Of a stretch of 64,000 nucleotides of DNA, positions 37,457 to 49,299 are shown piece by piece. The stretch comes from Heteronotia binoei (lineage: Eukaryota). The position numbers and the translations under genes are program-made. Position 1 is the first letter of the stretch; each line of letters starts with the position of its first letter. The stretch lies in assembly GCF_032191835.1 (NCBI RefSeq), contig NC_083232.1, forward strand, positions 54,498,001 through 54,562,000, read 5' to 3'. The notes under the pieces are model-generated. The model was not told the DNA's origin. It saw only the letters and a list, made by a program, of their open reading frames with translations, and made no database searches.

Positions 37457-40400
37457 ATTTTTTTATTTATTTCTCGTATTTATATCCCGATCAAACAATT
37501 TAAAACAAGTTAAAATGATCTAAAACAATTTTGGTACTCGTGTTGGTACTACTAAATCCAGTGATGTTGGGCATCTACTTATACTGTAATTTAACTAAAG
37601 GCAAGTCGAAATAGAGCTGTTTCACAGGCCTTGAGGAACTGGGCAAGGTCCCGCAAGGTCCTTACATCTTCTGGGAGTTGGTTCCACCAGTGGGGGGCGG
37701 CAATTGGGAAGGCTCTTTCTCTGGTAGCCTTCAGTCTCGCCTCCCTCGGCCCGGGGATTGACAGTAAATTCTGCGATCCAGATCTGAGTACCCTCTGGTG
37801 AACATGTGGGGAGAGACGGTCCCTAAGGTAGACAGGTCCTTGGCCATATAGCGCTTTAAAGGTAATAACCAGCACTTTGTAGTGAATCCAGAATACTATT
37901 GGCAGCCAGTGCAGTTCCCGCAGCCTTGGCTATATGTGCTCCTGTATAGAGAGACCCAATAACAGCCTGGCTGCTGTGTTCTGCACCAACTGCAGTTTCT
38001 GGATCTGAGACAAAGGCAGCCCCATGTAGAGGGCATAAAGTAGTCTAGTCTCAAGGTGATCGTTGCATGGATCACAGTTGCTAGGTCACTGCGCTCCAGG
38101 AAGGGGACCAACTGTCGCACCCACCTAAGGTGAAAAAAGGCGGATTTCACAGTGGCTGCTATCTGGGCCTCCATTGCCAATGTGGGCTCCAGTAGCACCC
38201 CCAAGCTTCTGACTTTGGGCACCAATATCAGTGGTGCCCCATCAAAAACTGGTAGAGGGATTTCCCTTCCCAGACCACCGCGACTCAGGCAAAGGACCTC
38301 TGTCTTCATCGGATTCAGCTTTAGACGACTTAGCCTGAACCACCCTGCCACGGCTTGCAGTGCCAGGACTAAATTTTCTGGGGTAGAGGCCGGCCATCCA
38401 TCCATCAGCAGATAGAGCTGGGAGTCATCAGCATACTGATGGCAACCCAGCCCAAATCTCCGGACAATCTGGGCAAGGGGGTGCATATAGATATTGAACA
38501 ACATTGGGGAGAGCACCACCCCGAGGCACCCCACAATTAAGCGGATGTCTCTGGGACAACTGTCCCCCGATCGCCACCTTTTGTCCCTGACCAAGGAGAA
38601 AAGAGAAGAGCCATTGCAGGGCCAACCCCTGAATCTCTGCATCGGCAAGGCGGTGGACCAGCAACTGATGGTTGACCGTGTCAAACGCTGCCGACAGGTC
38701 CAACAACATCAGCACAGCTGACCCGCCTCTATCCAGATGCCACTGAAGATCATCTACCAGGGCGACCAGCACTGTGTTCATCCCATGACCTGGGTGAAAG
38801 CCAGACTGCTGTGGATCTACGATGGAAGCATCCTCCAGAAAGCTCTGTAACTGCAGCACTACTGCCCTCTCAATGATTTTACCCAGAAAGGGTAAATTCG
38901 AGACCAGCCGATAGTGTGCAGATTCAGCTGGATCTAATGTTGGTTTTTTCAAGAGGGGGTGGACTACTGCCTCTTTGAGGGGCCTTGGAAAAAGCCACTC
39001 AGAGGGATCTATTTACAATATCCCGTATTGGATATCGAAGCTCCATCCGGCACGCTTTAATCAGCCTGGATGGGCAAGGGTCCAAATCACACGTGGTTGG
39101 GCGCGCAGTAGAGAGGATTCTGTCAACTTCCTCTAGGCTAAATGTTGTAAAACTGTCTAAAGCTGATCCGGAAAACAGGCACGGAGCCTCGAGCTTGCAT
39201 ACTGTTTCAACTGCGGCAGGGAGGTCACGGCGGAGCGATGAGACCTTATCTGCGAAGAAGGTTGCAAAAGCCTTGCAGCCAATGTCCAATTCCCTACAAT
39301 TTGGTTTGCCTTGAAGCAGAGTTGTAAGGGTCCAAATAATACTAAATAATTGAGCGGGGCGTGAATCCGCAGATGCAATCTTGGCCGCAAAGTAAGCTTT
39401 CTTTGTGGCTTTGACTGCCATCTCATAGGACCTCATATACTCTCTATAAGATGTTCTGGTCGCTTCGTCACGAGTATGCCATCACAGCCTCTCTAGCCGT
39501 CTGAGCCTGCGTTTCATCAATTGCAGTTCCATATTGCACCACATCATCTTTGAACGAGGGCGCAGAGGGTGCCGGGGAGCAATCTCATCAATGGCCATGG
39601 TGAGCTGATTTTGCCAGGACTCAACCAGGTCATCGAGAGAGTCGCTGGGGGCCAAGAATCCCGCAGTTCCCTCTGGAACCGTACTGGGTCCATTAGGTTC
39701 CGCAGGTGAGCTAAAATACGCTCGCCGCCTAAACAGGTTTGGGGTGGCACATCCATATGGGCCTTCAGGACATAGTGGTCTGACCATGACACTGCATCAG
39801 CAGTAATTCGGGCCACTGTAATCCCCGACGTGAAGATCAAGTTCAGCATGTGCCCGGACTGATGTGTGGATGTTGTTACAAATTGAGAGAGTCCTAGCAT
39901 AGCCATGGATGACACTAGGTCCATCGCCTTATTGGAGTTTGCGTCATCAGCAAGGACACTGAAGTCACCGAAGATTAAAAGTCTTGGGTGTTCCAATGCC
40001 CAGCCTGTTGTGGCCCCCATCAGGGACGATAAGGCACTAGCTGGTGTGTTAGACGGTCGGTACACCAGCCAGATCGCCAAACCCTCTCCAACATCCCACT
40101 TCAGACCTGCACATTCAATGCCATCGATCTCTGGAGTCAGGAGAGCCCTGAAGGAGTAAGCCTCCCGTATGAATAGGGCCACACCTCCCCCCCGCCTGCT
40201 AGTCTGTGACTGGTGAAACACTGAATACCCTGGGGGGGCTACTTCTGGGGGGGCTACCGTCTCCCCATCATGCATCCAGGTCTCAGTCACGCATGCCAGG
40301 TCCATGTCCTGTTCACACAGGAAATCCCGAAGGACTGAGGTCTTATTAATAATGGACCTGGCATTGCATAACACCAGTGACGGAGGCGAGTAATTCAACC

Positions 40401-40900
40401 TGACCCCACCACCTGTCACCGTTGGGATGGGACACAGACTGGAAGGGGGCTGAGCATCTTCACATCTCAGCCGCCTTCCCTTACATTTATGTGTGTTCCC
40501 ACTGTCATACCTTCCCCTCCCCAGGAGTAGTGGGATCCCCAGGCCGGTCATTCCCCCCCCCCCCACTGGTCTCCGCAGTCGCCTCAGACCAGTATATAGG
40601 ATGCCCTACTATGACCCTGTATTCTAGTTCTAATTTCTGCTGTCCCTGCCCTTGCTAACTAAGAACACCCTCCCCAATCAACCCATCAACCCCTGCCAAT
40701 TAACCTCCCCTAAACGGTTAATTAATTCTAAAACCCCTCTTAATTTCAATCCCATTAATTAATTAGTTAATAAATAATCAATTTAACCCTAATAGCCAAT
40801 TAAATTCTAAACCCCTACACCCACTGATTTACACTCCCCAACTTAAGCAGCCAATAACTGTATCAAATTTCTCAATAGCTAATTAATTCAATGACAATCC
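37457..40900 (-). mobile_element. L2-clade LINE with near-complete ORF2 (AP endonuclease plus RT), frameshifted
   Basis: LVLCNARSIINK...ACVTETW, YRPS, GDF, WSDH (endonuclease); YRLVSNLPFLGKIIE, CHQYADDSQLY (RT); (ttta)n tail at 37457. The 5' limit is approximate. Confidence 0.92.
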
Positions 40901-40924
40901 CAACCCAAGTTAATTCCTCCTATA

Positions 40925-41485
40925 GTGATGACAACTTCCTTTTCCAGAAATTGAAAAAGAAAACAAGAGGATCTGCTATCTTGAACTTGATTCTCACCAA
41001 CAAGGAAGAATTGATTGATGAAGTGGAAATAGTGGGCACCTGGGCAGTAGTGATCATGTGATTTTGGAATTTACAGTCTTAGGGAAGGAAAAGCTATATG
41101 TAGTCAGACTTATAGGTTGGACTTCAGAAAGGCAAACTTCAACAAAATTAGAACTATACTGGATAAAATCCCATGGTCAGAAATACTTAAGAAGAAGGGG
41201 GTTCAAGAGGGGTTGGAATTTCTTAAAAGCGAAATACTGAAAATGCAATCACAGACGATCCCTATGAGAAGAAAAAATGGAAGAAGCCTAAAGAAGCCAA
41301 TAGGCTTCCTCGGGAGGTGGTGGGTTCTCCTTCCTTGTAGGTTTTTAAACAGACTAGATGGCCATCTGACAGCAATGAGGATCCTGGGAATTCAGGGGGA
41401 GATATTTGTGGGTTTCCTGCATTATGCAGGGGGTTGGATTAGATGACCCTGGAGGTGCCTTCCAACTCTATGTTTCTATGGTTCT
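40925..41485 (+). mobile_element. Second CR1 copy, internally deleted (endonuclease-RT linker fused to 3' end)
   Basis: ILNLILTNKEELIDEV...DFRKANFNKIRTILDKIPW...KKP joined directly to aggcttcctcgggaggtggtggg...ttccaactctatgtttctatg. Confidence 0.8.
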
Positions 41486-42813
41486 TTGATGCCCACAGGC
41501 ACAGACAGCTTTAAAGGGGGATTAGATAGATTCATGGAGATTAGGTCTAAAAATGGCTACTAGCCATGGCGACTAAAGGGAACCTGAATGTTCAGTTGCA
41601 GTCAACCACTGAATCCCAGTGCTGGGAGGCAACACTGGGGGAAGGTCTCAGCCTCTATGCCCTGCTGGTGGCCCTCCAGAGGAAATGGTTGGCCGCTGGG
41701 TGAGATAGGATGCTGGACTAGATGGATCACTGGTCTGACATAGATTTCTGTTCCCTCCAAAATCCACATTTTGTTATTGGGAAGGGAGCCCATTTTTCCA
41801 TGGCCTCCAAGTTTCTGGAAATTTTACATCTCTAACCCTAAGCGCAGTCACAGATATAATACATCCAGTGATGACAAATGACAGTACTACCCAAGCATGG
41901 ATGCATACAACTGTCAGTGCTCTAGAAATGCCTATGAGATGGAGTGGACTGTTACATTATGAGCCTTCAGATAGTCAGAGCTGCCTTGTTTCCCTAGTAC
42001 CATGCAAACATACATTATTAAAAGGTTAGCAAAAAAGGGTGGAGGTTGCACAAGTGTCTCTCAAGATGCCACTAAATTTGTCATGGCACTTTAGTAAGAG
42101 ACTGCAGTAAAGGTGGAACTGGAAATAGTGACAAAATTCAAATACTGCAAAATATTTTTTTTTTGGGGGGGGGGAGTATACCTGGGACATAGCTGGCTTT
42201 CTTTTAGTGAAACCAAAGAAGACAGAAGCGGATTGCTACTTACCTCTCAACACCTTTATTTTAAATCATAAAGTTAATTTCAGCATAGGTCCATAACAAC
42301 ATCAGACCAGTCTGCTTCTGCAAAGACCTCAGAATTTACCCATGTAACATCTCAGGTCATGAAGATGAAGCGCAATGCCCTGCACAAGTTCTGCTTCCCA
42401 GGTTAATAGCAGGAGTCACAGAAATTCATAATCTTGATGAAAGTAAAGTATTTTTGCCTTCTGAGATTTACAACTGGCAGAATGACTTACATACCTATAC
42501 AATAGATGACCAATAACCCTTGAGTTCTAGACAGTGAATAAGTGGTGTTCTATGTTCTAAATGATTGCTTTCCCAATTCTTCCCTTTCCCAGTCTCAAAC
42601 ATTTCTTATACCACTGCATTCTAGGGATAGTAGTTCTGCCATGGATTGAGCAATTCTAGTTCCACAGATCTGGATGTATTATAGAAAGAACTGTAACGCT
42701 CTCAAAATAAGTAACCTGCATGTGTGGACTGTGCAGGGTTCATTTACTGAAACGTTAAGTGTGCACATTGGTATAGTTACCTATGAACAAAAACCAGAGC
42801 CAGTCCCACATAG

Positions 42814-42894
42814 GCAATCCTAGGAATACTTTCCTGTAAGTAAGACCAATTAACTATAATGGGACTTGGCTTGAGTAGACCTGTTTAGGATTGC
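42814..42894. repeat. Short palindromic MITE-like repeat
   Basis: gcaatcct ... aggattgc termini, 81 bp. Confidence 0.5.
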
Positions 42895-44116
42895 TCCCAT
42901 AGACAATCAAAAGACTTATTATTTGTATCCTGAAGTGAAAAATACATGTGTTCTGGGTCTGTTGCAAATTTAAATAGATTCTTATCAGATTCTACAAAGA
43001 ATCTAAAGTAGGAAAGATTGAGACTGTGAAAATTTTATTCCATATTTTGTCAATACTTGTTGGAATGCTGAGACTAAATTTAATTTGTCCTTGGGTACAC
43101 TGTTTTGAAGTCAGAACATTAATTAGATTGTGTATTACTAGTGTAGATGTGTGTGTAAGAGTGGTTTCTATGCATACATATGCTAGTTGATTCATAGCCC
43201 CATCATATTTAGGAATGCTTGTAAAGCTTGGAAGTACTGTGTATATGCAACACATACAATTTCTGAACTGACTTGGGTAAGCAAGTTGAGGTTCCCTCTC
43301 ATATTTTTCCTTATTAGTGATATGCAAGCCAAATCCCATTCTGTTGCAGTTAGCCTTCTACCACTAAGAGAGATATTCAAGACATTACAGATCACTAGAA
43401 CTGTCATGGTTTTCTTTAGCCTTCAGAGAAGTTTTTCCCCCCCAATTCTGATTTTCACAGATAAATATACTCCTATAAGCAGCTTCCAGATGGTACCTCC
43501 TCTGTTCTGGATCTCTGTTGTCTTTTCTGGATATAAAATGGACTAAAACCCAAAAACTTAAAAGCTTACAAAATTTGACTTCTGCATCTGTTATTTTCAT
43601 TGCAATTTGCTATTATTATTTTGGAGTTGACTCCAATAGCTGCCCCTTGCTGTTATTAGGGAGAAGAGACATATTATAAATTTCCTTCTATGGCCTTGTG
43701 TGGGAGGCAGCAGGATTTCAGAGGCACAAGAAAAACAACACCCATAGCAAAATGTCAGAACGACATAGTACTTTGTGAGAGAGAGGACAAGCAGAAGGCA
43801 CAGGAAGAAGTAAAGAAAGAGGACTAAGGAAATCTAAGAAAAGTATGAACTATAATCAAGCAGCAAGAAAGCAGTGGAGAAACTACAATACAGTATGATG
43901 TGTATATAATTGATTAAATTAAGATCAAAAACCTGTGACATCTTAATAAATCCTCTCAATTTCATTATTGCTTTGGTCTGTGGCCTTTAAATAACATGTT
44001 CTTTATACCACCAAGAATTGACAGTGCTGGCAAATGCCAACTTTCAGGGCATCCCTTCACTGAGGTTATCTATGATCGAAACTGACCTCCACAGTGAGCC
44101 CTTTGATAACAGAAAG

Positions 44117-44327
44117 TCAACATGGCATAGTAGCTAGAGTGTTGGTCTAGGCTCTGAGAGACCCACTGTCAAACCCCATGTTGCCATGGAAGCTTGCTGG
44201 TTAACACTGGGTTGGTCATTCTGCCTCTGCCTAACCTACATCACTGGGATTGTGGGAGAAGAAAATGGAAGAGAAGAAAACGTTGTAAAATGTTGTGGAG
44301 AACAAATCGGGATATAAATAACTAAAT
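44117..44327 (+). mobile_element. Old MIR-like SINE
   Basis: catggcatagtagctagagtgttgg head and gggatataaat tail. Confidence 0.65.
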
Positions 44328-44679
44328 AGGTCAAGCTACCCATACCAAATGCTTGCATTTTTAAAATTATCACATAAATAAAAAAGCTCAGCAACTACTG
44401 AGCTGCAACAAAATGTAAATTCTTCCTCAGGGTAGGCATTAACTACAATTCCACAAAACAAAGAACTCAACATAAGCCATATTTAAACAAAACACAGTAG
44501 CATCAGAACTACCTATTAAAAGTAAAAGACCAGAATTTCCCATACTAATCCACTGTCTATGTTTAGTCTGATCTTGTCCAAAAGATTTAATCAGTACATC
44601 AAAATCAAGCAATGTAGAAAATGTTTCCTCTAAGTTTGAAAGGAACTATAGCTATATCTATGGCCCCAGAAGAGAATTA

Positions 44680-45636
44680 CCGTATTTCTCGCACCATAAG
44701 GCGCTCTGGAGGATAGGAACCACCTTCCTCCTGGGGGGCAATCTGCTGCCTCTTCCTCCGATCCGGCGCTTCCCCCGCGCCTGCTTGCCTGGCTCCATCT
44801 TCTTCAGGGAAGCACTGGGATCGCTCCACGTGGCCCCAGCGCTTCGCAAGCGCCGGCTGCGGAGGGGGCAGCGTGCTTCCTACTTGCCTGTGTCCCTGCC
44901 TTCAGCTGTGATGTTTAAAGCAAGCGCTGGGATCGCTCCCTCCCCCTTGCGATCCCAGTGCTTGCTTTAAACATCACAGCTGAAGGCAGGCACACAGGGA
45001 AGTAGGAAGCATGCTGCCCTCTCCACAGCTGGCGCTCGCAAAGCGCTGTGTTTGCGGAGGGGGCGGGTGCTTCCTACTTCCCTGTGTGCCTGCCTTCAGC
45101 TGCGATGTTTAAAGCAAGCACTGGGATCGCTCCCTCCCCCCTCCGATCCCAGCGCTTGCTTTAAACATCACAGCTGAAGGCAGGCACACAGGGAAGTAGG
45201 AAGCACGCTGCCCTCACCACAGCCGGCGCTTGCAAAGCGCTGCGTTTGCGGAGGGGGCGGGTGCTTCCTACTTGCCTGTGTTCCTGCCTTCAGCTGTGAT
45301 GTTTAAAGCAAGCGCTGGGATCGGAGGGGGGAGGGAGCGATCCCAGCGCTTGCTTTAAACATCACAGCTGAAGGCAGGGACACAGGCAAGTAGGAAGCAC
45401 GCTGCCCCCTCCGCAGCCGGCGCTTGCGAAGCGCTGGGGCCATGTGGAGCGATCCCAGTGCTTGCCTGAAGAAGATGGAGCCAGACAGGCAGGCGCAGGG
45501 AAGCGCCGGATCGGAGGAAGAGGCAGCAGATCGCCCCCCCCCCGAAGGTACGTACCTTCGGACTATAAGACGCACACACTTTCCCCCCCACTTTTCTGGG
45601 GGGGGGGGAGTGCGTCTTATAGTCCGAAAAATACGG
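44680..45636 (-). mobile_element. Tc1/mariner (pogo-like) MITE with an internal fold-back array; related to 34985-35721, opposite orientation
   Basis: TA|ccgtatttctcg ... cgaaaaatacgg|TA; three ~185-bp units, each an inverted repeat (~44841-45430). Confidence 0.82.
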
Positions 45637-45649
45637 TACATTCTGGGAA

Positions 45650-45938
45650 TAAAAACTTCTGGTGGTTCTTGGCCTGAGAGAGATCCGGCCGTCCTCAATT
45701 AGGGCCACGGTTTTCCAGCTCTGGCTCCCATCTGGTGGAACTCTCTGCCAGAGAACATCCATGCCCAGTGGAATTTATTACATCTCTGCATGCGTAACAT
45801 CTCTGCATGTAAGGCAGAGATGTTCTGTCAGGCATTCAGTTGAGGACAGCTACAGAAAAATATAAAACCTGGCACTCTCTTATTCCCCATCCCTTACCTT
45901 CGGTAATCCATCTCCCCGTGGCAGCTGTGGAAATATAA
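45650..45938 (+). mobile_element. L2 3' fragment split by DIRS copy 2 (resumes ~51827-51990)
   Basis: agggccacggttttcc...ctcccatctggtggaac...ctgcc before the DIRS; ttgtaagacaccctgag...gggaagggcagc...(aat)n after it. Confidence 0.7.
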
Positions 45939-46379
45939 ATAGACAGGTTGCTTACCTGTAACTGTAGATCTTCCAGTGGTCATCTGTGCATTCACACCCA
46001 TGGGATAGAGCGCCTGCGCCGATCCCCGAATCGGTATCTGAAAAGCCCGAGATTTTTCCGCGCTCAGCGCCAATGGGCATGCGCAGGCGTCCCAGTACGC
46101 ATGCTCACCGGCGCCAGCACGGGGATCCCACCAGTTCCTTCCTGACTGCTGGAAGCCCCTACTGGAGGGAGTCCGTCAGCAGTGGGGAAGGAGGGCGGGT
46201 AGTGTGAATGCACAGATGACCACTCGAAGATCTACAGTTACAGGTAAGCAACCTGTCTATCTTCTTTGTGGTCTCTGTGCTTCACACCCATGGGAGATTA
46301 GCAAGCAAGACATACCTGGAGGTGGGAAGACGGTCAACCGGAAGAAACAGCTTGCAGCACCGCAGTTCCCAACCGAGTC

Positions 46380-47800
46380 CTCTGCTGAGCATGCATGTCC
46401 AACGTGTAGTGCTTCATGAAGGCATGTGGAGAAGACCAGGTGGCAGCCTTGCAGACATCAGCCAGGGACACGCCTTTCAGGAACGCCACTGACGTAGCCA
46501 TCGCTCTTGTGGAGTGTCCACGAATAGGCCCAGGCAGCTAGCACCATATCTATCCCCCCAAGACCTGGCCACAGTGAATAGGCCCAGGTAATGGCTTCTT
46601 TGCCAACAAATAACAAAGTTTAATAGTCTCAGTAAGCCATTTTGAGAGTCTCTGAGACGAAATCCTGGAACCTAACTTGGGAGAAGCATATGAAACAAAA
46701 AGCTGCTTGTCCTTGCGAAAAATCTTTGAACGGTTCAAATAAAACAGATGAGCACGCTTTACGTCCAAAGCATGCAATCAACGTTTCTCATCTGAGGAAG
46801 GTGCAGGGAAAAAAGTGGGCAACCAAACCTCTAAGTTGAGGTGGAACTGGGAGACCACCTTAGGAAGAAAAGTAATGTCCGGCGCTAAAGAAACGGCAGA
46901 GGTGGGAACATGTAGAGGAACCAGCCTCCCGATAATCACAACGCATCGCCGTGAGTTCCCCTACACGACGTGCTGATGTGATAGTAACTAAAAATGAAGT
47001 TTTCCATGATAGGAGCTGCAAAGAGCACATGGCCATCGGCTCAAAGGGGCGATGAGTTAGTTTGTCCAGCACTAAGGTTAAGTCCCACAACTGTGGGGGT
47101 GATCTTGATGGTGGATGCAGCCTAAACAAACCCCTCAAAAACTTTTTGGAATGAGGGTGCGCAAAAACAGAAAATCCCTCCACTGTGTTATGAAAAACAG
47201 ATATTGCTGCCAAATACACCTTAATGGAGGAAAAAACAAGACCAACATCCACTAAGGATAACAAAAAATCAAAAATTACCGACAGCCCCACCCTACTAGG
47301 TGAGACTGAAGGGTCAACTATGAACTGAGTGAATTTCCGCCACTTCCTGTCATAGGAAGCGCGGGTGGAAGGTTTCCTACAGTTCATAAGGACTTGCTGG
47401 ACCCTGTCAGAGAACCCCAAGGATCGATGAGCCACGCTGTCAGCTTCAGGTGGGGCACGTTGTGATGGAGTATGTGGCCACCCTGAGCTGACAGAAGGTC
47501 CGGTTCTGCCGGGGACTGGTAGAAGACCCCCCCCCCCCGACAGTTGAAGCAGGATCAAAAACCAGTTCTGGTGAGGCCACCAGGGAGTCACCAGGATGCA
47601 GCACAGCCTCTCGCTTACTATTTTGTTGACCACCTTCGTCAACAACGGCAGAGGTGGGAACATGTAGAGGAACCAGCCCTCCCAAGGAAGCAGGAGCCCG
47701 TCTCCCAGAGAGGCTGGATCCGCTCCCCCTCTGGAACAGAACATGGGACATTTCTTGTTCTCGGCCGTGGCGAAGACATCCAGCTGCAGGTACCCCCAAA
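46380..47800 (-). pseudogene. DIRS copy 2 methyltransferase-like domain and tyrosine recombinase, disrupted by two templated inserts and a stop
   Basis: DVFAT...LYMFPPLPLL...ILVTPWWP (MT domain); TSARRVGEL, HSTRAMATS, FMKHYTLD (R, HxxR and Y of the recombinase). Confidence 0.92.
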
Positions 47801-49230
47801 GCTGGAATACAGGCTTCAGAAAACGCCACTGCAGGTCCCACTGGAAAACGCCACTGCAGTTCCCACTCGTGTGGGGAAGCCCTACCCCTGCTGAGGGAGT
47901 CTGCCTGTATGTTGAGGACCCCCGGAAGGTGTGCCGCCTTCACAAAGATGTCGTATTGGAGACACTCCAACCAGAGATCCATCGCCAATGCGCAGAGCCG
48001 ACAAGACACTGTCCCTCCCTGTCTGTTGATGTAGCACAGGGCAGTAAGAGCGTAGGGCGAAGTGAACCGCCAGCAGTTCTAGGTAGTTTATATGGAACTG
48101 AGTCAGTTCTGGTGGCCACTGGCCCCACACACACAGGCCTTCCATGTGGGTCCCCCAACCCCACAAGGAAGCATCTGTTGTGATAGTCACAGTAGGAGTT
48201 GGGAGATGGAAGGGAGCTCCCTGACAGATGTTGTTCTCTGACTCCCACCACTGTAGCGTCTGAAGAGTCCCGGATGGGATGATGAACCTCTTTCGAGGTG
48301 AGATTCTGAGTGGGCGAAACTGGCGGAGAAACCACAACTGTAGGCCTCTCATCCTCAGTTTCATGAAACGTAGCACGCTTGTCGTCGCCACCATCAGCCC
48401 CAGCATCTGCTGAAGCTGCTGTGCTGTGCCCCACTTTTGCCTCTGTAGCAGCCATACCAGATCGATAATGTCCCTCACTCTCTGCAGAGGCAGGTATGCA
48501 TGATGCTGGTTCGTATCCAGCAAAGCTCTTATGAACTGCACTGTCCTTGACAGAGTAAGGTGAGATTTCTCCACATTGACCTGCAACCCCAAAGTGTTGA
48601 GAAGACGTAGAGTGATGGCAATGTGCGTTGACAAACTTTCCCTCGACTTCACCACAAGAAGCCAGTCGTCGATGTATGGAAAAACGACAACTCCCTGGAG
48701 ACGGAGGTGGACAGCCATAACTCTCATCATCTTCGTAAACACCTGAGGTGCAGTGAACAGGCCGAATGGAAGGGCTTTGAACTGGAAGTGTTGGGAACCC
48801 ACTGCAAACCAGAGGAAACGCCTGAACGCCGGATGGATGCTGACGTGAAAGTAGGCATCCTTGTGGTCCAGGGTCGCCATCCAGTCCCCTTGATTGATGA
48901 GGGGCAGGATTGTTTGCAGCGTGGACATTCTGAACTTCTGGTACAGAATAAATTTGTTCAGGTTCCGAAGATCCATAATTGGTCTTAAGCCCCCGTCCCT
49001 CTTGGGGACCAGGAAGTAGCGAGAGTAAAAACCTCGCGTCCTGGCCTCTATCGGAACTCTTTCTATGGCTTGTTTCTGTAGGAGGTTGCTCACCTCCGCC
49101 ACCAGAGGTGGGGAAGGGGGAGTGGTGATCACCACGGATTGGTTCGGAATCTGAGCAAACTCTATTCTGTAGCCCTCTTCTATGATGGACAGAGCCCACC
49201 TGTCTGTAGAGATCAACTCCCTAGCAGGTA
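47800..49230 (-). pseudogene. DIRS copy 2 RT/RNase H (RT open; RNase H broken by a short deletion near 48035)
   Basis: FYSRYFLVPKRDGGLRPIMDLRNLN, DAYFH, LPFGL, FPYIDDW, TTDASLWGWG, HINYLELLAV; the TDN motif is missing and the reading resumes in another frame at YINRQGGT. Confidence 0.93.
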
Positions 49231-49299
49231 GGAAAGGGCGGAGGTGGATAGATGTTGAACCAGTAGGGACAATGTCGCGTGCCACGAGAAAGTCAAAGG

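Noticed and set aside
42238-42500. Strong minus-strand donors (GAG|GTAAGT at ~42243)
   Set aside because: No convincing partner acceptor defining an exon.
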